In this document: positions 54,771 to 63,403 of the stretch, piece by piece
Layout of the letters: the number at the start of each line of letters is the position of its first letter
Numbering within the stretch: position 1 is the first letter of the stretch
NCBI GenBank assembly: GCA_002170395.1
Contig: NHEJ01000007.1
Coordinates: forward strand, 215,441-279,440
Direction of reading: 5' to 3'
DNA from: Betaproteobacteria bacterium TMED82
GTDB lineage: Bacteria > Pseudomonadota > Gammaproteobacteria > Burkholderiales > Burkholderiaceae_A
Length of the DNA: 64,000 bases
Made by a program: the position numbers and the translations under genes
Notes under the pieces: generated by a model
The model's input: only the letters and a program-made list of their open reading frames with translations
The model's database searches: none
What the model was told of the DNA's origin: nothing

Positions 54771-55931
54771 ATGGATATTCATGAGTACCAAGCGAAGGAA
54801 CTTTTAGCAAGATTTGGAGTGACTGTGCCGCAGGGAAGAGTTGCTTACACTGCTGAGCAAGCAGCTTTTGCAGCCAGTGAGCTTGGGGGTTGGCACTGGG
54901 CTGTGAAGGCTCAAATCCATTCCGGTGCGCGAGGTAAGGCTGGAGGAGTGAAGCTTTGTAAAACATACAATGAGGTTCAAGAGATTGCCGGGGAGTTGTT
55001 AGGTAAAAGTTTGGTAACCGTGCAAACGGGGCCGGAAGGAAAGCTATGCGAGAGGGTTTACGTAGAAGTTGCTGAGCCTTTTATTAATGAGCTCTACTTG
55101 GGGTTCGTACTTGATCGTAAAGCTGAAAGAATTAGGGTCATTGCTTCAATGGAAGGAGGAATGGAGATCGAGGAACTAGCTGAAAAATCTCCGGAGAAAA
55201 TTCTGCAAGTTATCGTTGAACCAGCTGTTGGGTTACAGCAATTTCAGGCTAGAGAACTAGCCTTTGGTCTTGGCTTAAATATTAAACAAGTTCAAAGGGC
55301 AGTGAGTATTATAATGGGATCTTATAGAGCTTTCAGGGATAAAGATGCTGAAATGCTAGAGATTAACCCAATGGTGGTAACTCAGGACGATAGGGTGATA
55401 GCCTTGGATGCGAAGATGTCTTTTGATGAAAATGCGTTGTTTCGTCTGCCTGACATTTCAGAAATGAGAGATTTAGCTCAAGAGGATCCTCGGGAAGCTG
55501 AGGCAAGTCAACATCATCTTAATTATGTCGGTTTAGACGGAAATATAGGTTGTATAGTAAACGGTGCTGGCTTAGCAATGGCCACTATGGATACTATTAA
55601 ATACGCAGGGGGTAATCCTGCTAATTTCCTTGACGTTGGTGGTGGGGCCTCACCGGAGCGTGTAGCTACCGCCTTTAAACTTGTATTATCGGACAGCAAT
55701 GTATCAGTGATTTTAGTAAATATTTTTGCAGGTATAAATCGTTGTGACTGGGTCGCGCAAGGGGTTGTGGAAGCAGCTAAAGGTTTGAAAGTTCCTTTGG
55801 TAGTTAGATTAGCTGGCACAAATGTGGAAGCAGGTCAAAAAATAATAGATGGTTCTGGGTTACCAATTATTAAAGCGGATACGCTTCTTGATGCTTGTAA
55901 CAAGGCGGTTGAGGCTGTTGCTATTAATTAA
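54771..55931 (+). CDS. mtkA: Malate--CoA ligase (malate thiokinase) beta subunit
   Basis: [17 protein letters not shown]...[21 protein letters not shown]...[12 protein letters not shown]...[15 protein letters not shown] is nearly collinear with my recollection of M. extorquens MtkA rather than generic SucC. It is followed by mtkB and mcl. Confidence 0.85.
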   Translation: MDIHEYQAKELLARFGVTVPQGRVAYTAEQAAFAASELGGWHWAVKAQIHSGARGKAGGVKLCKTYNEVQEIAGELLGKSLVTVQTGPEGKLCERVYVEVAEPFINELYLGFVLDRKAERIRVIASMEGGMEIEELAEKSPEKILQVIVEPAVGLQQFQARELAFGLGLNIKQVQRAVSIIMGSYRAFRDKDAEMLEINPMVVTQDDRVIALDAKMSFDENALFRLPDISEMRDLAQEDPREAEASQHHLNYVGLDGNIGCIVNGAGLAMATMDTIKYAGGNPANFLDVGGGASPERVATAFKLVLSDSNVSVILVNIFAGINRCDWVAQGVVEAAKGLKVPLVVRLAGTNVEAGQKIIDGSGLPIIKADTLLDACNKAVEAVAIN

Positions 55932-55950
55932 ATTTAAGGGTGAAGAGGTT

Positions 55951-56835
55951 ATGAGTATTCTTATTGATGAAACAACTCCGATAATAGTGCAGGGATACAC
56001 CGGGGACAAGGCCACTTTTCACGCGGATGAAATGATTAAGTATGGTTCTAATGTGGTTGGAGGCGTTACTCCTGGAAAGGGAGGTATTACCCATTTGGGG
56101 AGACCTGTCTTTAACACTGTCAAGGAAGCTGTTTCTAATACTGGAGCAAATGCAAGTTTAGCCTTTGTACCCCCATCTTATGCGGCTGATGCTCTTATGG
56201 AGGCTGCTGATGCGGGATTACGACTAGTTTGTATTATAACAGACGGAATTCCTTCTCAGGATATGATGAGAGTAAAAAGATTTTTGATGAGATTTCCTCG
56301 CGAGAAAAGAACTACTGTTGTGGGCCCTAACTGTGCTGGTATTATTTCGCCGGGTAAGTCTATGCTTGGAATTATGCCAGGACATATATATCAAAAAGGA
56401 GTGGTTGGGATTGTTTCGAGATCAGGTACTCTTGGCTATGAAGCGGCCGACCAAGTTAAAAATTTAGGGCTAGGAGTTTCAACCTCTGTTGGAATTGGCG
56501 GCGATCCAATTAATGGTTCCTCTTTTTTAGATCACATGCAAAGATTTAATGAAGACGATGAAACAGAGGCAGTAATAATGATAGGGGAAATTGGTGGTCC
56601 GCAGGAAGCAGAGGCTGCTGCTTGGATTAACGAAAATATGACTAAGCCCGTTGTTGGTTATGTAGCGGGTTTAACTGCGCCAAAAGGCAGGAGAATGGGA
56701 CATGCGGGGGCAATTATTTCAAAAGCGGGAGACTCAGCGTCTGAAAAATCTGAAATAATGAAAACATTGGGGATTAGTGTTGCGCCCAGTGCTAACGACC
56801 TTGGAATCACCGTAAAAACGGCACTAGCATCGTAA
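55951..56835 (+). CDS. mtkB: Malate--CoA ligase alpha subunit
   Basis: MSILIDETTPIIVQGYTGDKATFH...GPNCAGIISPGKSMLGIMPGHIY...MGHAGAII (phospho-His) matches MtkB. ATG at 55951 lies after the mtkA stop and has a GAAGAGG RBS. The track start at 55849 is an upstream artefact. Confidence 0.85.
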   Translation: MSILIDETTPIIVQGYTGDKATFHADEMIKYGSNVVGGVTPGKGGITHLGRPVFNTVKEAVSNTGANASLAFVPPSYAADALMEAADAGLRLVCIITDGIPSQDMMRVKRFLMRFPREKRTTVVGPNCAGIISPGKSMLGIMPGHIYQKGVVGIVSRSGTLGYEAADQVKNLGLGVSTSVGIGGDPINGSSFLDHMQRFNEDDETEAVIMIGEIGGPQEAEAAAWINENMTKPVVGYVAGLTAPKGRRMGHAGAIISKAGDSASEKSEIMKTLGISVAPSANDLGITVKTALAS

Positions 56836-56860
56836 GCTGGTAAATTATTGGAGATTGAAT

Positions 56861-57829
56861 ATGAGTTTTTTTTCTGTTGAACAGGCTAGACCTAGACTTC
56901 ATAGATCTGAGTTAGCTGTACCAGGCTCTAGGCCTGAAATGTTTGAGAAAGCTGCTAAATCTGGCGCCGACGTTGTTTTTTTGGATTGTGAGGATGCGGT
57001 CGCCCCGGACGAGAAAGAATTAGCAAGGAAGAATATCATTGAAGGGTTAAATAAAGTTGATTGGGGTGACAAAACTTTAATGGTTCGAATAAACGGCTTA
57101 GATACTCATTACATGTACAGAGACGTTGTCGATATTGTGGAAAATTGCAAAAGACTTGACATGTTACTGATTCCAAAAGTTGGAACTCCACAAGACGTAT
57201 ATGCTGTTGATATGTTGGTCAGCCAAATTGAGACTGCTACCGGACGTTTGAATAAAATAGGATTTGAATTATTGATTGAGACTGCATTAGGCATGTCGAA
57301 TGTTGACGCTATTGCCCAGTCCTCTCCAAGACTAGAAGCTATGAGTTTTGGGGTTGCGGACTATGCTGCGTCTACTAGGGCACGAACAACCATAATTGGG
57401 GGAGTTAGTGAGGATAGCGTAGTTCTTTCTGATATGGTGAACGGAAAGAATAGACAGGAGTTTTGGACAGACCCTTGGCATGCAGCTCAAACGAAAATGA
57501 TGGTTGCTTGCAGGGCTTACGGGCTGAGACCGATCGATGGACCGTTTGGTGATTTTAGTGATAAAGAGGGATATTTGTCCGCTGCCAAAAGATGTGCGGT
57601 TTTGGGGTATGAGGGCAAGTGGGCAATACATCCTTCTCAAATTGAGTTAGCTAACCAAGTTTATACTCCAACCGCCGAGGAGGTTAATAAAGCAGAAAGA
57701 ATCCTAGATGCTATGGCAAAGGCTGCTAAAGAGGGTAAAGGCGCTGTATCTTTGGATGGTCGACTAATTGATATTGCTTCAATAAGAATGGCGGAATCGT
57801 TAATCGCTAAATCTAAACTGTGTGTTTAA
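56861..57829 (+). CDS. mcl: Malyl-CoA lyase (HpcH/CitE-like)
   Basis: RPRLHRSELAVPGS...DAVAPDEKE..ARKNII...INGLDTHYMYRDVVDIVE...EAMSFGVADYAAS...LRPIDGPFGDFSD...GKWAIHPSQI is nearly collinear with M. extorquens MclA as I recall it. ATG at 56861 is preferred because GGAG lies 7 nt upstream. Confidence 0.9.
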   Translation: MSFFSVEQARPRLHRSELAVPGSRPEMFEKAAKSGADVVFLDCEDAVAPDEKELARKNIIEGLNKVDWGDKTLMVRINGLDTHYMYRDVVDIVENCKRLDMLLIPKVGTPQDVYAVDMLVSQIETATGRLNKIGFELLIETALGMSNVDAIAQSSPRLEAMSFGVADYAASTRARTTIIGGVSEDSVVLSDMVNGKNRQEFWTDPWHAAQTKMMVACRAYGLRPIDGPFGDFSDKEGYLSAAKRCAVLGYEGKWAIHPSQIELANQVYTPTAEEVNKAERILDAMAKAAKEGKGAVSLDGRLIDIASIRMAESLIAKSKLCV

Positions 57830-58086
57830 GAACTTGTTAAATTTTTATGACGGTTGATTGGTTTGGAAACTCTGTATAGCGATCTAAAACCATGCAACAC
57901 TGCAAAAAACAATGTCGCGGACCCAGCTCCGAATCCACTGCCGAGGAGAAAAATTATTAGCTGGCTCAAAGTCTTGCCTCTATAAATTTTTTAACAACAT
58001 TTTAGTATAGTAGAACTATGAGATTTTTGCAACAACTTCTTTAAGTTTTCGGAAAACTAAACTTTTTAAAAAAGGAAAAAGGTAGT

Positions 58087-58608
58087 TTGGCTAAAACTAA
58101 CTTCATAAGGAATTCCTCTGCTCATGAGAACAACTACATCAGTGAAAAAGGCTTGGTACGGTTGAGGAATGAGTTATTGAATCTTGTAGATAAGGAGAGG
58201 CCGAAGATTGTAGATATTGTATCTTGGGCTGCTTCCAACGGCGACCGTTCAGAAAATGGGGATTATATTTACGGGAAAAAAAAACTCAGAGAAATTGATA
58301 AGAAGATCTTTAAGTTGACAAAAAGCATAAAAACCGCCAAACCTGTGAAAATTGGAACAGCCGTTGATGTGGAAAAAGTATTTTTTGGAGCGTCAGTTAG
58401 TTTTAAAAGGAATCAAAAAAGTCATATTGAAACCGTTACCATTTTAGGTATCGACGAAGTTGACCTGGCAAAAGGTCACGTGAGCTGGATTAGCCCCATT
58501 GCAAAATCCCTTTTAGGTTCCAGGAGAGGGGATATGGTAACTCTAACCACTAAGGACGGTGAGGATAGGCTGAAAATTATCGCTATTGACTACAATCTTA
58601 AAGATTAA
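58087..58608 (+). CDS. greB: Transcription elongation factor GreB
   Basis: NYISEKGLVRLRNEL...NGDRSENGDYIYGKKKLREID is the Gre-factor coiled-coil motif with the acidic tip. The start codon is TTG. Confidence 0.85.
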   Translation: MAKTNFIRNSSAHENNYISEKGLVRLRNELLNLVDKERPKIVDIVSWAASNGDRSENGDYIYGKKKLREIDKKIFKLTKSIKTAKPVKIGTAVDVEKVFFGASVSFKRNQKSHIETVTILGIDEVDLAKGHVSWISPIAKSLLGSRRGDMVTLTTKDGEDRLKIIAIDYNLKD

Positions 58609-59150
58609 TTTTTCCACTTTATAGAACAACCAATTGAAGGAAACTGTTCCTTTGGACAAGAATCGCCAAGGCCTATTTTCGTCATAGCGGTGAGTAGTTC
58701 ATGCTGTGATGGGTTCGAGGGATTCAAAAATCGGCCGCGATATTTTAAAATGCTGTCTTTGTCAAAACCAAAAAAATCTGGTGTACAAACAGCTCCAAAT
58801 GACCTCGCTGTCGTTTGAGACTCATCATATAAATAAGGAAAAGAAAAGTTTTTTTGCTTTGCTAGCTTTTGCATGTTTTCGTAGGAATCTTCTGGATATG
58901 ACAATGCATCGTTAGAACTAATTGCTATGCAGGGGATATGTTGAACTTGTAATAGTCGGATGTCTTCGACGAGCCGGTCTAAAATGGACTTAACATAGGG
59001 GCAGTGATTACATATAAACATAACAAGAAATCCCTTAACATCGTTACTTTGGAGAAAATTAGTTAATTTGAAGTTAGTACCAGTAACATCTAGTAAGTCG
59101 AAGTCTGGGCAGTGAAAATTTTCTTTCTTTATTGGGCTCTCAGTTGGCAT
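58605..59150 (-). CDS. Thioredoxin-fold (redoxin/AhpC-TSA-like) protein
   Basis: 181 aa. FICNHCPYV is a CxxC-type motif on a thioredoxin-like scaffold. It overlaps greB convergently by 4 nt. Confidence 0.7.
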   Translation of the reverse strand: MPTESPIKKENFHCPDFDLLDVTGTNFKLTNFLQSNDVKGFLVMFICNHCPYVKSILDRLVEDIRLLQVQHIPCIAISSNDALSYPEDSYENMQKLAKQKNFSFPYLYDESQTTARSFGAVCTPDFFGFDKDSILKYRGRFLNPSNPSQHELLTAMTKIGLGDSCPKEQFPSIGCSIKWKN

Positions 59151-59193
59151 ATTTTCTATTTTGCAAGTTAAATTTTTTTAGAAGTTATATACT

Positions 59194-59222
59194 AGTGGTT
59201 TCCCGAATATAGGGCAACCACT
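59194..59222. promoter_or_regulatory. Imperfect 29-bp palindrome AGTGGTTTCCCGAATATAGGGCAACCACT in the xoxF upstream region; candidate operator
   Basis: Read directly. It has outer arms AGTGGTT/AACCACT and inner arms CCC/GGG around GAATATA. It ends 93 nt upstream of the xoxF ATG at 59316. The function is inferred only. Confidence 0.3.
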
Positions 59223-59315
59223 GATGTTTGAGAGAGCTTTTTATAATATCTTGTAATTAAGCCGAATTATGTTCGGTGAAAGATGTTTCTTTTAACAATT
59301 ATCGTGGGAGAACTC

Positions 59316-61127
59316 ATGAACTTTAAGTTAAACGCACTTTGTGCCGCTGTAGCGGTCACTGTAGCTGCTCCAGCAGTTGTGCATGCCAACAGTTCGCTTG
59401 GCAAGTTAATGAAGAATCCAGCTAACTGGGCTGCGCCTAGTGGCGATTTCTTCAATCAGCGTCACACAAAGCTTAAGCAGATTACAAAGTCTAACGTGAA
59501 CAAGCTTCAAATGGCTTGGTCTTTCTCAACCGGTGTTCTACGTGGTCACGAAGGTGGTCCTCTTGTTATCGGTGACACTTTGTATGTTCACTCGGCCTTT
59601 CCTAATAAGGTTTTTGCAATAAACCTTGCCGACCAGACCATTAAGTGGAAGTACGAGCCTAAGCAGGATCCTTCAGTGATTCCTGTTATGTGTTGTGATA
59701 CTGTAAACCGCGGTTTAGCATACGCTGAGGGAAAAATTTTCCTACAGCAGGCTGATACAACTTTAGTGGCATTGAATGCTAAAAATGGAAAATTAATCTG
59801 GTCTACAAAGAACGGTGATCCAAAGCTTGGTCAGACCAATACTAACGCGCCACACATTTTCAAGGATAAGGTAATTACCGGTATTTCTGGTGGTGAGTTT
59901 GGTGTTCAAGGTTTCGTTGCTGCTTATGATATTAACAGTGGCAAGAAAGTTTGGAAAGCTTATTCAGTTGGTCCTGATAGCGATCTTAAGTTTGATCCAA
60001 AGAAAACAATGGCTTGGAACAACGGTAAGATGCGTCCTGTTGGAAAAGATTCTTCTTTGAAGACATGGCAAGGTGATCAGTGGAAAATTGGTGGTGGAAC
60101 AACATGGGGCTGGTACTCATATGATCCTAAACTAAATTTGATGTACTACGGTTCTGGTAATCCTTCAACATGGAATCCTAAGCAGCGTCCAGGTGATAAC
60201 AAGTGGTCGATGACCATATTTGCTCGTGATGTAGATACAGGCGTTGCGGCTTGGGCTTATCAAATGACTCCACATGATGAGTGGGACTATGATGGAATAA
60301 ATGAAGTTCCATTATTTGATGGTAAGGATAAGAACGGCAAAAAGCGTGGAATGTTAGCGCACTTCGATCGTAACGGCTTTGGTTATACCTTAGATCGTAA
60401 GACCGGTGAGTTGCTAGTTGCTGAGAAGTTTGATCCTGCAGTTAACTGGGCTACCCACGTTGATATGAAGTCCGGACGTCCACAGGTTTTAGCTAAGTAT
60501 TCTACCCATATTCAAGGTGAAGACGTTAATACAAAGGGTATTTGTCCAGCTGCGCTCGGATCTAAAGACCAGCAGCCTGTATCGTTTGATCCAGCTACCG
60601 GATATTTCCTAGTTCCTACAAACCACGTTTGTATGGACTATGAGCCCTTCCGTGTTGAGTACACAGCCGGTCAGCCTTATGTTGGTGCTACCTTGTCTAT
60701 GTTCCCAGCTCCAAATAGTCACGGTGGAATGGGTAACGTAATAGCTTGGAATCCTGTTCAAGGAAAAATCGAATGGTCTATTCCTGAGAAGTTCTCAGTA
60801 TGGGCTGGTACTATGACAACTGCTACAGGTGTTGGTTTTTACGCCACACTAGATGCGCGTTTAAAGGCTGTTGACATTAAGTCAGGTAAAGTTCTTTGGA
60901 CTTCACCTAAGCTTCCTTCCGGTTCAATCGGAAATGTCCACAGTTGGGAGCATCGTGGTAAGCAGTATATTGGTATCTTAACTGGTATTGGTGGTTGGGC
61001 TGGAATTGGTCTTGCTGCTGGTCTTGAGAAAGATACAGATGGTCTAGGTGCTGTTGGTGGATATAGAGAGCTAAGCAAGTACACCGATCTTGGTGGTACT
61101 ATGATGGTTTTCGCTCTACCTAACTAA
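59316..61127 (+). CDS. xoxF: Lanthanide-type PQQ-dependent methanol/ethanol dehydrogenase XoxF
   Basis: It has a signal peptide (…AAPAVVHA), the vicinal disulfide MCCD, eight-bladed propeller W motifs and WDYDG (nt 60282-60296). The Asp two residues after the catalytic Asp (DYD, nt 60285-60293) distinguishes XoxF from MxaF (DYA). ATG at 59316 is preferred over the track start at 59283. Confidence 0.92.
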   Translation: MNFKLNALCAAVAVTVAAPAVVHANSSLGKLMKNPANWAAPSGDFFNQRHTKLKQITKSNVNKLQMAWSFSTGVLRGHEGGPLVIGDTLYVHSAFPNKVFAINLADQTIKWKYEPKQDPSVIPVMCCDTVNRGLAYAEGKIFLQQADTTLVALNAKNGKLIWSTKNGDPKLGQTNTNAPHIFKDKVITGISGGEFGVQGFVAAYDINSGKKVWKAYSVGPDSDLKFDPKKTMAWNNGKMRPVGKDSSLKTWQGDQWKIGGGTTWGWYSYDPKLNLMYYGSGNPSTWNPKQRPGDNKWSMTIFARDVDTGVAAWAYQMTPHDEWDYDGINEVPLFDGKDKNGKKRGMLAHFDRNGFGYTLDRKTGELLVAEKFDPAVNWATHVDMKSGRPQVLAKYSTHIQGEDVNTKGICPAALGSKDQQPVSFDPATGYFLVPTNHVCMDYEPFRVEYTAGQPYVGATLSMFPAPNSHGGMGNVIAWNPVQGKIEWSIPEKFSVWAGTMTTATGVGFYATLDARLKAVDIKSGKVLWTSPKLPSGSIGNVHSWEHRGKQYIGILTGIGGWAGIGLAAGLEKDTDGLGAVGGYRELSKYTDLGGTMMVFALPN

Positions 61128-61150
61128 ATATTTAGATTTAGAAGTCTTCG

Positions 61151-61182
61151 ACGTCCCGGCTCAAAACCGGGACGTTTTTTTT
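61151..61182 (+). terminator. Rho-independent terminator of xoxF
   Basis: ACGUCCCGG-CUCAAAA-CCGGGACGU forms a perfect 9-bp stem, followed by U7, 24 nt after the xoxF stop. Confidence 0.85.
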
Positions 61183-61777
61183 ATCTTTTTCCATCTGATT
61201 TCGATAACCAAGCAAGTAAAGAGTTTCTCATAACTTCTTCTACACTTATTGGTATGGGCTTAACGCTCTCTTTTGGTACGAAAAGAGTGTATCCTCCCAC
61301 CATATAACTCATCGGAAGATAAACAGCTATTTGATCGCTTTTTGATTTAAATTCTTGAGGTAAATCTTGTAAGTTAGCCCTCGTAACTAAACCAACCATT
61401 CTGATGTCTGTTTCCGGAATAGTTAAGATTACTGCTTGTTTAGTGTCCTCATTGTTTTGATCAGAAAAGTAATCTGCAAAACTTTTTATAGAACTGTATA
61501 TGCTTTTAACTACCGGAATATTAGTAAATGGCAATTCTATAAGTCCGAAAATCCTTAAAATAAAGGGTTGCGATATGAATGCTCCTAGAATAATAATAAA
61601 AAATACAGTCAACAGGAGGCCTGTTCCAGGAAAATATACTGATCCTAAAAATGGTTCAATGATTGATTTAACTAAAGTTTCAGATGAAGTAAGAATGAAG
61701 TAGAGTAAGTAGACGGTAAGACCGAGGGGAAGTATGGTAATTACTCCTCTAAAAAAAAACAAAGTAAGTTTTTTCAT
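61181..61777 (-). CDS. DUF502-family membrane protein
   Basis: 198 aa with two TM helices. ILPLGLTVYL and PGTGLLLTVFFIIILG...IPVVKSIY match the DUF502 pattern. Confidence 0.7.
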   Translation of the reverse strand: MKKLTLFFFRGVITILPLGLTVYLLYFILTSSETLVKSIIEPFLGSVYFPGTGLLLTVFFIIILGAFISQPFILRIFGLIELPFTNIPVVKSIYSSIKSFADYFSDQNNEDTKQAVILTIPETDIRMVGLVTRANLQDLPQEFKSKSDQIAVYLPMSYMVGGYTLFVPKESVKPIPISVEEVMRNSLLAWLSKSDGKR

Positions 61778-61841
61778 AATAATCGCTGTAAATGGTTTTT
61801 GAGTGGTTTGAGATTTTTAGGCGTAAGCACAAAGTTAGCAA

Positions 61842-61861
61842 AAGCTTGCTTTTTCAAGCTT
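61842..61861 (-). terminator. Possible terminator hairpin after the kinase gene
   Basis: On the minus strand, AAGCUUG-AAAAAG-CAAGCUU forms a 7-bp stem, followed by a moderately U-rich tail (UUGCUAACUUUG). This is a weak call. Confidence 0.4.
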
Positions 61862-61885
61862 ACCAAGAGTTTAGATCATATTAAG

Positions 61886-63403
61886 CTACATTTTCTTTAG
61901 AACATCAAGAACATTTTTATTTTTAAGGTTTTTCAAGGAAGATCTTTTAGGGAGTTGAGGTGTCGCGCGGAAATTTTTTTGGTTTACTTCCTCTTTTTGA
62001 TTCTTTCTGTAAAGCGCCTCGGACTTGTCTATCACTTTCACTTGATTTAAGTTTTTAACTATAACTGACACTTCATGTAGCCCACTTTTAAAAGAGGGAT
62101 GGGTTAAAAGTTGTTGTGGTTGAACAGTTTCAGTAATGGTGATCCATTTGCCTGCCCATTTTTCACAAGGCAAGAGACTTGAAAGCTTCGACCCTTCAAT
62201 AACATCCGGAAGAAATTTAACTCTAAAGACCTCTCCAGCAGATATAGACGAAAAATTCAAATAAATGTAGGGAGCCAATCTAATACTATTTCCAAATTGT
62301 TTTTTTCCAACAGAAACAGTTATTATCTGACCAATTATCTCAATTCTCTTGCCAATAAAATTCAAAATTGCAGTCCTATCATTACCGTCAACGACAGGAT
62401 ATTCTCCGTCATACGGTATATCCTTATTTTTGGTTATAATGACGGAGCTCTGCTTTATTTTTTTTGGCTGGAAATCGTACTTTAGTTCTTGAAAGTGTTT
62501 TTTGTAAAAAAGATCTGGGTCGGGTATTTTCTCAAATCCTCTTAAACATACTTCTGCAAATTGATTTATGGAGGGAGATAGCTTCGCATTCAGCGAAATT
62601 TTATGAAAAGTTTCAGATCCTAGTGGATCCTTAAGGTCGCCAGATCGGAATATTATTCCTTCTTCATCACTGTAAGTTTCTTCCCAAAGATTAGAGTTTT
62701 CAATCAGTGCGGAAATAGCTACTTCTAGTTGAATGAACGAAAACCAATCAAGATTCTTGGAGAAATACTTTTCCGACCTGCCCGGATGTTGAAAATTTTT
62801 ATGACCAACCTCGAAACTATCCGAATGATCTAAATCATTTACATACATGCCGTCATAGTCAATTAGTTTAATATCCTTGCCCTTATTTAATATAATTAAA
62901 TTACCAGGCTGAATATCTCCATGAGCACATTGAGACCTTTGTAAAAAGTTTTTCAACCACTGAAGACTATTCTTGAGATTAATTAATGACTTAACATTAC
63001 GGAATTCTCTATTGATAAATTCTCCTAGTGTTTCTCCCTCCGCCCATTCCATTTTTAAAACAGGAAACCAGGTATGGTCAACTAATATCCCCTCCTCTAG
63101 ATATTCAAAACGAATGAATGTTTTCGCATGATCTTTTGAAATTGAGGTATCTGTAGTTTTAGCAATCTCAGAATATCTAGATTTTATGTTTTTGGGCATT
63201 TTAAGGAAACATCTCACTCCGAACATTTTTTCGGCTGAATAATATTTAAATATCGAGGCAAAGTTACCGGTTCTAACTTTAGGAACTTGTAAAGCATTTT
63301 TCTCAACCGTACATCTTTGCAACTCAAAGTCTTTAAAAATTTTTTTTGGGTCTTCATTTATTACCCTTAAATATACTTCTAAATTAGGTAGCAGCATCGA
63401 CAT
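61886..63403 (-). CDS. Atypical Ser/Thr protein-kinase-like protein with an unassigned C-terminal domain
   Basis: It has the catalytic loop AHGDIQPGNLII (HxD..N), the DFG-equivalent LIDYDGM, GHKNFQHP (activation/P+1-like) and the degenerate G-loop TGNFASIFK. The beta3 position reads GVRCF, with Arg where the VAIK Lys is expected. Residues about 320-505 have no motif I recognise. Confidence 0.75.
   Translation of the reverse strand: MSMLLPNLEVYLRVINEDPKKIFKDFELQRCTVEKNALQVPKVRTGNFASIFKYYSAEKMFGVRCFLKMPKNIKSRYSEIAKTTDTSISKDHAKTFIRFEYLEEGILVDHTWFPVLKMEWAEGETLGEFINREFRNVKSLINLKNSLQWLKNFLQRSQCAHGDIQPGNLIILNKGKDIKLIDYDGMYVNDLDHSDSFEVGHKNFQHPGRSEKYFSKNLDWFSFIQLEVAISALIENSNLWEETYSDEEGIIFRSGDLKDPLGSETFHKISLNAKLSPSINQFAEVCLRGFEKIPDPDLFYKKHFQELKYDFQPKKIKQSSVIITKNKDIPYDGEYPVVDGNDRTAILNFIGKRIEIIGQIITVSVGKKQFGNSIRLAPYIYLNFSSISAGEVFRVKFLPDVIEGSKLSSLLPCEKWAGKWITITETVQPQQLLTHPSFKSGLHEVSVIVKNLNQVKVIDKSEALYRKNQKEEVNQKNFRATPQLPKRSSLKNLKNKNVLDVLKKM

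Noticed and set aside
55849-55950. The track start of mtkB, overlapping the mtkA 3' end by 83 nt. The same issue affects the upstream-extended starts of mcl (56855), xoxF (59283), the HiPIP gene (33412), pqqE (48634), ftsB (1467) and btaA (53556).
   Set aside because: In each case an ATG (TTG for ftsB) with a better-placed Shine-Dalgarno lies downstream and matches the known family N-terminus. The longer forms add non-conserved residues or overlap the preceding gene.
54771-56835. An interpretation of these two genes as TCA-cycle succinyl-CoA synthetase sucCD.
   Set aside because: The sequences track the M. extorquens MtkA and MtkB N-termini and internal blocks as I recall them, and the genes are followed directly by a malyl-CoA lyase. 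sucCD is normally linked to sucAB/lpd. This still needs a phylogeny to be certain.
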